From positions 1 to 32,599 of the forward strand of contig JAUCBJ010000787.1 in assembly GCA_032718475.1 (NCBI GenBank): DNA of 32,599 nt, given 5' to 3'. Every line of letters starts with the position of its first letter. The first letter of the stretch is position 1. This document shows positions 1-10,000 of this stretch, piece after piece. The stretch comes from Nemertoderma westbladi. Taxonomy: Eukaryota > Animalia > Xenacoelomorpha. Made by a program: the position numbers and the translations under genes. A model generated the notes under the pieces. That model worked only from the letters and a program-made list of their open reading frames with translations. It did no database searches and was not told the DNA's origin.

Positions 1-3000
1 CCGACATAACCGCTTATCCCACATGACTTCGCGTCTCTCCATTAATGACTTCTTCAGGAATTCATCACACATATTCAAACGGTGGGTCCCGTCACACAGC
101 GCACATTTCGGTTTGATGTTACTTACCTTATTTTGAGTCACATTGTGTACACTTGCCTTTTCTTCGGGCTTTCTCACCGGAATTCTCTTGGGAGACGTGG
201 GAGGAGTTTTTCTTACCTGTTCTCTCCTGTCATTTGCTCGAGACTTGAATTTACTTACCTGATCTTTAGGCATTTTATTGACATAATAAGATCTATCAGT
301 GTCTTTCCCGCTATCTTCTCCTTGAGAAGTCTGGCTTTCGCCGTCGTCTGTATAACACACTGGTGTTACCTTTCTCCTAGAGACGGGTTTTTCACTTACC
401 TTGTTTTCCGGTGTCTTCTCTCTGGACAGTTTCAGGAGCTGTAATTTCACTTCTCCATCTAGGAATGACATGAGATCAGCCATGGTAGGGTCTCGTCGTT
501 GTTGTTCCATCATATATAACACTTTCTTATCCCAGCGTGTACCTACTCCACCCTTCGGTAAAGTAGAAGCCACTGCTCTAATAACCATAGCATTCTGATA
601 CTCCTGAGACTTACCTAGCCAATCTAATTGTCTACAGATCTCCTGAATCTCATCGGAAAACTCGATAATTCCGCTGCTAATAAACTTTCGGGGCGCTACC
701 AACTTTGCATACAAATACCCAGCGATGTTATTCCTATTACAATACCTGATGTTTAGTGTATCCCAAACTTGTCTTAATCCGTCTGGATGTCCAATAAACT
801 TTAACGCCATTAACTTGGGAGATCCTTCCAAGCACTCGATGAGGTATCTAAGTTTTTCTCCATTAGATAGTACAGAGTTCTGTATGTTATCTTTGTAATA
901 TTCATTAAAAGGTAACCATTTCATCTCATCTCCATTGAACTTGACGATCTCTCCCACCTTTACCGCCTGCCGGGCTTCGGTTCTAGCCATTTGACGCGTA
1001 AAACTTTCTTGGGCCATCGTGTTATTTAATATCGAGTTATCGGTATATAAATTTCTCGGATTATGATCAGTTCTATAGGGAATGTCATTATCAACAAGTC
1101 TATAATTACCCTTAATAGGGTTCACTATAGGAGTTTCTACTTCGCTAGCAGTATATATGCGTGTAGGCTCCACACCTTGCGCATGAGATACTTCAGACCT
1201 AACAGGTTGACACATTGTTACAGGGGGTGGTGGTATACCCCTTTGTGTATTTACTAATTTATCGCGTTCTAGCGCGATACTTTGCTGCACTTCTTGCAAC
1301 TCAAGCCTACTTTCCCTTACTGTGCCCTTGAATTGCTGAACCGTCTCCTGCATCTGCCCGAGCAGGAGATCCATCCCCCGCCGTCTATCGTCCACCCATT
1401 CGACCGCCGAAGCGGGAGTCGCCAACGTTGTAGCGAGCGGACGAGGGACAACGGGCGACAAATCAGGAATATTTCGCTCGGGGTCCAGGACCTGAACTGT
1501 ATCCTGGGCAGTTCTACGGGGCACAGGTAGCTTAGTGCTATGCAGAGGGAATTTAGAGGTAGTTTCAGGGAGCACAGGTGTGTCTATCACCGAAGGGGTG
1601 ATTTCAAGAACAGGCCTAATTATTTCAGGCTCATCTACTATAGTAGGGAGTCTTTCTATTTTAATTATTTGGTCTGTGGGCTCTGTACTACCTAAGTTGG
1701 TGTTATTTAGTTGCCTTCTAACAGCTGGAGGCAAATCAGGCAATTTCTGACGGTGGAATGTTCTTTTACGTCTGCTTAGACGAGATCTATTTCCTTTGCC
1801 TTCAGTATCGGTGGTATCGCCTTCCTCAGATGATGTATATCCCTGTCTTTTGGGAGTAGATCGATTCATCATCTGCATATTACTAGCTGTTAACTGTTTA
1901 TTTATGCAGTCTTGATTCTCCTGAATGTTTTCCAATTCTAATTGGGTGGTTTCTTCAGCCGCTTTCCTTTCTGCTTCTGCCACTTTTGCCTCTGCCGCTG
2001 CCTCTGCCGCTGCCTCTGCCGCTTTTGCCTCTGCTGCTGCCTCTGCCGCTTTTGCCTCTGCCGCTGCCTCTGCCGCTTTTGCCTTGGCCGCTGCCTCTGC
2101 CGCCTTTGCCTCTGCCGCTGCCTCTGCCGCTTTTGCCTTGGCCGCTGCCTCTGCCGCCTTTGCCTTGGCCGCTGCCGCCTTTCTTTCTGCTTCTGCAGCT
2201 ACCACTGCTGCTTTCTTTCTGTCTTCTATACGTTTTTTCTTTACTTGTTCTTCTTGGACTCGGGTGATGCGGAGTTGTTCATCGAATTTAGCCTGATTCG
2301 CAGCCCTCATTTCCACATCGATGGCATCCAACACAAGCTTGGTTCCTTCACTATTAGGGCTAAGTCCCTCTAACCTTCTCCTCAACTCGTCATCACCTAA
2401 AAAACGTTGATAGTCTGACAGATAGATGTCAATGGCATCCCTCTTATGCGGTTTCTCTGCCGTCGCTTCACTTTCCACTTGGGAAAAAGTAGCGTCTGTT
2501 GATTCTCCATGGGTTGAGCGCTCCTCCAGCTGAGCTTTCCACTGAGCTGTTCCTTGAAGCTGGAGACTCACCCTTTGAAACCAAGTCTTTACGGCAACTT
2601 GCAACGACGTGTCTTGCCTTCGTTTAGAAGCCTCCTCAAAGGCCGATAATATTAGCCTGATTCGTAGAATTCTTTCTCTCACTTGATAAAGCAGTTGTCC
2701 CTGCTCTTGAGGTCCTTGTGGTTGTTGAAACAGTTGTCCTTTTACTCGCTCCATAGAACTGAAGAATCCCTGTGTGTATCCGGCTGCGGACCTCTTCCAC
2801 ACAGCGGGATCGATGGTTTCCTTGGCTACTCCCATCCGGTGTATGTCTTCCCAGGCAGCTTCTGATAAATCAAACGGGAGTCCGGGTCCGGGGAAGTTCC
2901 ATTGCGACTCGACCATGGACTTCAGTTCTTCCCTTGTGTATCCAGCATAACTATCTCTAGTTGAACGCTGGCTTCTCGCCCAATCGATCTGGTGTTCTTC

Positions 3001-3390
3001 CACAGCGATCAATAACCTAGTGAGTACGGCTGCAGGAAGGATGAGAAGGGGATCTGAATAAGCCTCATCCGTCATCCTTGCTCCGCGTTCGGGTGTCAGT
3101 TCTACCGTATCTTCACTACTGGAGCTGTTGGGCCGTTGAGAAGTAAGTTCTTGGCTCGCGGGTTGTTGCTGTTCCGCTGCTTCTTGGTCCCGCTTGACCT
3201 GAGCTCGAGTGCCTATGATAGACCTACGATGTTGGACCAGCCTAGGTTCTGTTATTACTACTGGAGGGATGACCTTCCTCACAGTGGGAGGTGAACTGAA
3301 CTTACGACTAGACAGTTCTACATCTCTATCTGAGTCGCAGATAGTTACATCTAATAAACTGTCTGACAGGTTCTGCTTAGTATCAGACAT
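1..3390 (-). CDS. gag: BEL/Pao LTR-retrotransposon Gag(-Pol) polyprotein, 5' part (at least 1130 codons, open beyond position 1)
   Basis: Hand translation from ATG at 3390 (MSDTKQNLSDSLLDV...; in-frame TAA just upstream) shows no stop down to position 1. DUF1759-like capsid segment KFNGDEMKWLPFNEYYKDNIQNSVLSNGEKLRYLIECLEGSPKLMA at about 942-805. BEL-type zinc knuckle CALCDGTHRLNMCDEF...ERREVMWDKRLCR (C-x2-C-x3-H-x4-C, then the start of a second knuckle) at about 105-1. Confidence 0.9.
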   Translation of the reverse strand, partial: MSDTKQNLSDSLLDVTICDSDRDVELSSRKFSSPPTVRKVIPPVVITEPRLVQHRRSIIGTRAQVKRDQEAAEQQQPASQELTSQRPNSSSSEDTVELTPERGARMTDEAYSDPLLILPAAVLTRLLIAVEEHQIDWARSQRSTRDSYAGYTREELKSMVESQWNFPGPGLPFDLSEAAWEDIHRMGVAKETIDPAVWKRSAAGYTQGFFSSMERVKGQLFQQPQGPQEQGQLLYQVRERILRIRLILSAFEEASKRRQDTSLQVAVKTWFQRVSLQLQGTAQWKAQLEERSTHGESTDATFSQVESEATAEKPHKRDAIDIYLSDYQRFLGDDELRRRLEGLSPNSEGTKLVLDAIDVEMRAANQAKFDEQLRITRVQEEQVKKKRIEDRKKAAVVAAEAERKAAAAKAKAAEAAAKAKAAEAAAEAKAAEAAAKAKAAEAAAEAKAAEAAAEAKAAEAAAEAAAEAKVAEAERKAAEETTQLELENIQENQDCINKQLTASNMQMMNRSTPKRQGYTSSEEGDTTDTEGKGNRSRLSRRKRTFHRQKLPDLPPAVRRQLNNTNLGSTEPTDQIIKIERLPTIVDEPEIIRPVLEITPSVIDTPVLPETTSKFPLHSTKLPVPRRTAQDTVQVLDPERNIPDLSPVVPRPLATTLATPASAVEWVDDRRRGMDLLLGQMQETVQQFKGTVRESRLELQEVQQSIALERDKLVNTQRGIPPPPVTMCQPVRSEVSHAQGVEPTRIYTASEVETPIVNPIKGNYRLVDNDIPYRTDHNPRNLYTDNSILNNTMAQESFTRQMARTEARQAVKVGEIVKFNGDEMKWLPFNEYYKDNIQNSVLSNGEKLRYLIECLEGSPKLMALKFIGHPDGLRQVWDTLNIRYCNRNNIAGYLYAKLVAPRKFISSGIIEFSDEIQEICRQLDWLGKSQEYQNAMVIRAVASTLPKGGVGTRWDKKVLYMMEQQRRDPTMADLMSFLDGEVKLQLLKLSREKTPENKVSEKPVSRRKVTPVCYTDDGESQTSQGEDSGKDTDRSYYVNKMPKDQVSKFKSRANDRREQVRKTPPTSPKRIPVRKPEEKASVHNVTQNKVSNIKPKCALCDGTHRLNMCDEFLKKSLMERREVMWDKRLCR
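1965..2200 (-). repeat. 27-nt coding tandem repeat giving an Ala/Glu/Lys helical tract (AKAAEAAAE / AKAAEAAAK)n inside Gag
   Basis: Plus-strand unit approximately TTTTGCCTCTGCCGCTGCCTCTGCCGC, about 7 copies, in frame with gag on the minus strand. Confidence 0.9.
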
Positions 3391-3519
3391 GTTTATGTTT
3401 ACAGTTGAATGTCTACTGCTGTATTACAGTCTGAGCAAGTCTAGTAACTCAGTATTAACTGCGAGCCTAGTAATTAATTACCAGTACTGCTACTCAGTGT
3501 AGCGTGATATATAATATAT

Positions 3520-3770
3520 TAGAATACCGGTATGCTTATAGTATATATAACTATTATTACAGACTAGGTTTATCACAGAATACCGGTATAATTTTAGCAC
3601 AAATATATATAAATATATAATAGGCCTATCGGGAATACCGGTATACAGCTTACAGTTTTGTAGTATATAATTATAATTCTGGAATAGAATTAATTACAAG
3701 TACCGGTATAGTTTCAGCCTAAATTTATAGAAATAAAGATAATAGGCCTATCGTAAATACCGGTATATCA
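3520..3770. repeat. Degenerate repeat: five TACCGGTAT palindromic cores spaced about 55-65 bp
   Basis: (GAA)TACCGGTAT at about 3522, 3578, 3632, 3701 and 3755; TAATAGGCCTATCG at about 3618 and 3740. Confidence 0.65.
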
Positions 3771-4691
3771 ATTATTTTAAATAATTGAATTTCTGAATTT
3801 TAGGGTTACTTGGTTACTTTACTTACTTTATTACCGTTATTTGAGCAGTAGTCCAACTGATATTGAGACCTAATGGTAGGCCTACTATTTATAAATCGTT
3901 AGATTTGATTTATAATATATATATACCCGTTTTAATGGGTTTTGTCTATGTTTGAAATAAATGTTATTATTTCTGGGGTAATCACTACACAAAGCGGTAC
4001 GCTTTCAGTGAAGTGTTACTTATAGGACACTAAAACAAATAATACTAATTTACCTAAGTTACTTAATACTACAAATTACGTACAATTCGGGTGAGATTAC
4101 AATCTCTAAATAAACACAAAATTTACAAAACACAAAATACGAATTTTTAGGGTAATTTTACAAGAAGTCTACAAACCAGCCTAACAAAGGGTTAGGAAAC
4201 TGGTTATTACAACGGACAGGGTACTACGGTATTTGAAAATAATAAGTAGTAGTAAATACACTGCGTTGTCCAGATAGGAAATACCACCGCCTGACGACCT
4301 ATAGCCGTATCGCTATAGGTACTACGTTATGTATCACGGAGTGTTCCTACCTAGAAGTTAATAGAGCTAATCGAACGTGCCTATCAACTACTTTACAACA
4401 CAAATATAATGTCTACACTAATTACTTTCGGAAAGCACTGTACACTAAACCCTAAATTAGGTACGAGTACTTGTATAACATATAATCTGTAGTTAAATAT
4501 ACTTGAACAGCTAAAAGAACCACGGCATCTGCTGGAGTGACCGATGCACAAAATCACCAGTCTTTACCTACGCCAAGCAGCCCGTGTAGTACCGGGGTTA
4601 ATTTAACTATAGTGGTATGTATAACAAACACAATTACTGTAGAAACAAACTTGGGGAATGAATGTTGCGAATAATCGCATAAACTCTGAAT

Positions 4692-5263
4692 AATAAATAT
4701 TACGCTACGCGTACAAACCACTCAAACAAAATGCAGACCAAACACTGAAAGACTACTATCAAGCCTAAACAAACTACGGTATATGCAGACTCCGAAATGA
4801 TTAGATAGTATGCGTTCTAACCCAGTAGTACGACTTATTCTTTAATTGGGGGTTTACCTTACAGCATTGGCTGCCCCTACTTCCTAACCGTTCTTTATCG
4901 GACAAGGGCTCTACACACACTACAATTCGTTCAGACCTAACAACAGCCAGACAACTATCCAGCCTACAAATTATCTAAATAAATATTATACGCTACCCGT
5001 ACAGACTTACACAAACAAAGTACAGACTAAACGATGGCAGACTACTCCCAAGCCTAAATAAACTACAGGACATGCAGACTCCGAAATGATTAGGTAGTAT
5101 GCGTTCTAACCCAGTAGTACGACTTATTCTTTAGTTGGGGGTTTGCCTTACAGCATTTGCTGCCCCTACTTCCTAACCGTTCTTTATCGGACAGGTGATC
5201 TACACACTGCAATCCGTTCAGACTTAACAGCAATCAGACAACAGCTCAGCCTACAAATTGTCT
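4692..5263. repeat. Tandem duplication, about 289 bp x2, with a highly conserved 122-bp core
   Basis: Cores 4783-4904 and 5072-5193 differ at only 4 positions; the flanking parts of the units are visibly more diverged. Confidence 0.9.
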
Positions 5264-5434
5264 GCACAATTTGATCAGGCTTACACGCCTTCTGTTCAAT
5301 ACTGGCCTACAAACAAATAAAACTGACAGAAATAAGTAAGCTCCAAAAGAAACAAGGGGTGTACAGTCCCTAATCTCTTAAACAGCCTACCGGTATACAA
5401 CAATCAAATCGAATAATACTAATGTACTTATACG

Positions 5435-5557
5435 GAAGTACCGGTTAGGACAGTTGGGCCTACGGACCTACAGAAGTACCGGTTCTGGCAGTTGGACCTA
5501 CGGACCTACGGCAGTACCGGTTCTGGCGGTTGGGCCTACTGACCTACTGAAGTACCG
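5435..5557. repeat. 38-bp tandem repeat x3.2
   Basis: Unit GAAGTACCGGTTCTGGCAGTTGGRCCTACGGACCTACN at 5435, 5473 and 5511, partial at 5549. Confidence 0.9.
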
Positions 5558-6787
5558 TTCAGGTTTACCGGTTGACCGGTACCTTCAACTTTATTGCTTA
5601 CTGCAATAAAGAAGCTATATCCGTTATTGTTCGCGCTTTAAGACCTTTGGCAGTTTAACCCGCCAAATTAGGATGTCTTCTAGATAATAAATCACCTTTA
5701 GCCTATGACAAGTATTTAATTCACTACACTAGTCGAAACCAATCTGTGCGCGATCATTCACCCGCTGGATATACCCGGGAGATTGGGTTCGACGGCTTAA
5801 TCTTATTGCTATGTAAGCTTAATATATTATTCGACTGACAGTATTATATAATCTCTGACAATATTATTCACCTTCGGGGAATATTAACAGTTCCTTTAGG
5901 ACGTGGCGCTTTATCTATACAAACAGAGTTATGACTTAAACTACTCACAACGATATGGCTTAGTTATAATTCACATATATGGCGCATTCTTTAGGAAATG
6001 CTTCGTTATCAGTCTCACTCATACACAATGCTGCACAATACTGCACACTGATCTGCCGATCTTCACTGATTTTAGTTATATATAAAAGGAACACGGACTG
6101 ACTCATGTAGGGTCTATCAAATAACATTAGATTCACTTCAAACCACTTTAACATAAGTCACAATCGTTATATGTAACCTTTCTCTCTTACCTTCGGTATA
6201 TCAAGAATATTGGGTTTCGGGGTTATTTATCGTTATTCCAAATATAATAATTCATCAACCATATTATGAAGAACTGACAGTAAATAGCAGTATAACAATA
6301 TAAAAGTATGCACAGTGATTCAGTGTGTGTTAAGTTCATTAGTTTGTGTTGCAATGTTGATAACGGATATATGCCCTTTATAATTAAGCCTACTAGTGTT
6401 AGACTAAAACAGAAAAGCACAAAATATTTACAAGCCGTTCTCTCCTGGCTCAGGAAAGAAAGACCAACAACACTGAAAACTGATAAGAATAACCTTATTT
6501 ACAAAGGCTTCCACCCAACACAGAGAAAGAGCATACAGATAGGAAAATTCAGTTCAGTAGATCTGTGATAGGTCGAAATCAAAATCAACTCAAATCCTAT
6601 TGGCAGATACTTTCCCAAGCTGGTTGGACAATCAAACGTAGCCCAGATCCCTTCGCACAGCGAATCAGCCAATCAGCCGGTAGCTTGTGCTATTCGAGTT
6701 ATAGATCCCTTTTTAGAGTATTCCAGCGCCTGGGGGGAACCGGTTAGCAAGGCAAACGAATCAGTTATCCCACAAAAGCTTTTACAC

Positions 6788-6974
6788 CGGTCTCCTTCTG
6801 GGCGCCTCCACTACGTCCTCCCTCTCCGGTCTCCTTCTGGGCGCCCCCACTACTCCGTCCTCCCTCTCCGGTCTCCTTCTGGGCGGCACCACTACGTCCT
6901 CCTTCTCCGGTCTCCTTCTGGGCGCCACCACTACTATGTCCTCCCTCTCCAGTCTCCTTCTGGGCGACGCCACT
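6788..6974 (-). repeat. GC-rich 39/42-bp tandem repeat (4.6 copies), possibly coding SGGAQKETGEGGR(S) repeats
   Basis: Plus-strand unit CCGGTCTCCTTCTGGGCGCCNCCACTAC(NNN)GTCCTCCCTCT; unit lengths 39, 42, 39, 42; lies inside ORF 6765..7019(-). Confidence 0.85.
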
Positions 6975-7055
6975 CTGTGTTGATTGAGTGGGGGGGGGGG
7001 GGGGAATACGCAAGCCCATACATGTAAAAATATATAAATATTAAAGACTGTTTCC

Positions 7056-10000
7056 CATTAGGTCCCAAAGGAGCATTAGGTCCCAAAGAGCATTAGGTCC
7101 CAAAGAGTGTTAGGTCCCAAAGAGCATTAGGCCCCAAAGGGCATTAGGTCCCAAAGAGTGTTAGGCCCCAAAGGGGCATTAGGTCACAAAGAGTGTTAGC
7201 TCCCTAAGAGCATTAGGTCTCAAAGGAGCATTAGGTGCCAAAGGAGCATTAGGTCCCAAAGGAGCATTAGGTCCCAAAGAGTGTTAGGTCCCAAACTGCT
7301 TTAGGTCCCAAAGAGCTTTAGGTCCCAAAGTAGTGTTAGATCCATAAGGAGCATTAGGTCCCAAAGGAGCGTTACGTCCCAAAGGAGCATTAGGTCCCAA
7401 AGGAATGTTAAGTCCCAAAGAGCATTAGGTCCCAAACAGTGATAGGTCCCAAAGGAGCATTAGGACCGAAAGAGCATTTTAGGTCCCAAAGAGCATTAGG
7501 TCCCAAAGAGCATTAGGCCCCAGAGAGCGTTAGGTCCCAAATAGCGTTAGGCCCCAAAGAGCATTATGTCCCATAGAAGAGCATTAGGTCCCAAATGAGC
7601 GTTAGGTCCCAAAGAGCATTAGGTCCCAAAGAGCATTAGGTCCCAAAGGAGCATTAGGTCCTAAAGGAGCATCAGGTCCCAAAGGAGCATTAGGTCCCAA
7701 AGAGCGTTAGGTCCCAAAGAGCATTAGGCCCCAAAGAGCATTAGGTCCCAAAGGAGCGTTAGGTCCCAAAGGAGTGTTAGGTGCCAAAGGAGAATTAGGT
7801 CCCAAAGTAGCATTAGGTCCAAAAGGAGTGTTATGTCCCAAAGAGCATTAGATCCCAAACAGTGCTAGGTCCCAAAGAGCATTAGGCCCCAAAGACCATT
7901 AGGTTCCAAAGGAGCGTTAGGTCACAAAGGAGCATTAGGTCCGAAAGAGCATTTTAGGTCCCAAAGAGCGTTAGGTCCCAAAGGAGCCTTAGGACCAAAA
8001 GAGCATTTTAGGTCCCAAAGAGTGTTAGGCCCCATAGAGCATTAGGTCCCAAAGGAGCATTAGGTCTGAAAGAGTATTTTAGGTCCCAAAGAGCATTAGG
8101 TCCCAAAGAGCATCAGGCCCCAAAGAACGTTATGCCCCTAAGAGCGTTAGGCCCCAAAGAACGTTAGGCCCCTAAGAGCATTAGGTCCCAAAGGAGCATA
8201 AGGTCCCAAAGAGCATTAGGTCCCAAAGAGTGTTAGGTCCCAAAGAGCATTAGGCCCCAAAAGGCATTAGGTCCCAAAGGAGCGTTAGGTCCCAAAGAGT
8301 GTTAGGTCCCTAAGAGCATCAGGTTCCAAAGGAGCATTAGGTGCCTGAGGAGCGTTAGGTCCCAAAGGAGTGTTAGGTCCCAAAGAATGTTAGGTCCCAA
8401 AGAGCGTTAGGTCCCAAAGAGCATTACGTCCCAAAGGAACATTAGGTCCCAAAGGAGTGTTACGTCCCAAAGAGCATTAGGTCCCAAACAGTGTTAGGTC
8501 CCAAAGGATCGTTAGGTCTGAAAGAGCATTTTAGGTCTGAAAGAGCATTTTAGGTCCCAAAGAGCGTTAGGTCCAAAAGAGCATTTTAGGTCCTAAAGAG
8601 CATATGTCCCATAGAGCATTAGGTCCCAAAGGAGCATTAGGTCCCAAAGAGCATTCCCAAAGAGCTTAGGTCCCAAAGGAGCGTTAGGTCCCAAAGGAGC
8701 ATTAGGTCCCAAAGGAGCATCAGGTCCCAAAGGAGCATTAGGTCCCAAAGAGCGTTAGGTCCCAAAGAGCATTAGGCCCCAAAGAGCATTAGGTCCCAAA
8801 GGAGCGTTAGGTCCCAAAGGAGTGTTAGGTGCCAAAGGAGAATTAGGTCCCAAAGTAGCATTAGGTCCAAAAGGAGTGTTATGTCCCAAAGAGCATTAGA
8901 TCCCAAACAGTGCTAGGTCCCAAAGAGCATTAGGCCCCAAAGACCATTAGGTTCCAAAGGAGCGTTAGGTCACAAAGGAGCATTAGGTCCGAAAGAGCAT
9001 TTTAGGTCCCAAAGAGCGTTAGGTCCCAAAGGAGCCTTAGGACCAAAAGAGCATTTTAGGTCCCAAAGAGTGTTAGGCCCCATAGAGCATTAGGTCCCAA
9101 AGGAGCATTAGGTCTGAAAGAGTATTTTAGGTCCCAAAGAGCATTAGGTCCCAAAGAGCATCAGGCCCCAAAGAACGTTATGCCCCTAAGAGCGTTAGGC
9201 CCCAAAGAACGTTAGGCCCCTAAGAGCATTAGGTCCCAAAGGAGCATAAGGTCCCAAAGAGCATTAGGTCCCAAAGAGTGTTAGGTCCCAAAGAGCATTA
9301 GGCCCCAAAAGGCATTAGGTCCCAAAGGAGCGTTAGGTCCCAAAGAGTGTTAGGTCCCTAAGAGCATTAGGTTCCAAAGGAGCATTAGGTGCCTGAGGAG
9401 CGTTAGGTCCCAAAGGAGTGTTAGGTCCCAAAGAATGTTAGGTCCCAAAGAGCGTTAGGTCCCAAAGAGCATTACGTCCCAAAGGAACATTAGGTCCCAA
9501 AGGAGTGTTACGTCCCAAAGAGCATTAGGTCCCAAACAGTGTTAGGTCCCAAAGGATCGTTAGGTCTGAAAGAACATTTTAGGTCTGAAAGAGCATTTTA
9601 GGTCCCAAAGAGCGTTAGGTCCAAAAGAGCATTTTAGGTCCTAAAGAGCATATGTCCCATAGAGCATTAGGTCCCAAAGGAGCATTAGGTCCCAAAGAGC
9701 ATTCCCAAAGAGCTTAGGTCCCAAAGGAGCGTTAGGTCCCAAAGGAGCATTAGGTCCCAAAGAGAATTAGGCACCAAAGAGCATTAGGTCCCAAAGGAGC
9801 GTTAGGTCCCAAAGGAGTATTAGGTCCCAGAGGAGAATTAGGTCCCAAAGTAGCATTAGGTCCCAAGGAGTTTTAGGTCCCAAAGAGCATTATGTCCCAA
9901 ACAGTGCTAGGTCCCAAACAGCATTAGGTCCCAAACAGTGCTAGGTCCCAAAAAGCATTAGGCCCCAAAGACCTTTAGGTTCCAAAGGAGTGTTAGGTCA

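Larger units (their letters stand above)
1..6760 (-). mobile_element. BEL/Pao LTR retrotransposon, 5' portion (gag plus putative long leader); right boundary and 5' LTR not defined
   Basis: Gag ORF as above. The 3.4-kb upstream region is non-coding with internal tandem repeats, as is common in retroelement leaders. No LTR or canonical PBS was located, so the right coordinate is a guess. Confidence 0.5.

Noticed and set aside
1965-2200. Synthetic EAAAK linker or vector contamination
   Set aside because: Irregular units, in frame within a natural retroelement ORF, and no vector sequence nearby.
82-3502. Plus-strand ORFs in the track, including the poly-Ala, CRC-rich and PL-rich ones
   Set aside because: They are antisense shadows of the minus-strand gag ORF and its 27-nt repeat.
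4264-4330. Hammerhead ribozyme (CTGACGA followed by a hairpin)
   Set aside because: No GAAA after the putative stem II, and no stem I pairing after the upstream GTC.
3391-7055. Defined 5' LTR and canonical PBS of the BEL element
   Set aside because: The second LTR is outside the window and no convincing match to a tRNA 3' end was found. A CCAAT box (AGCCAATCAG, about 6667) alone is not enough.
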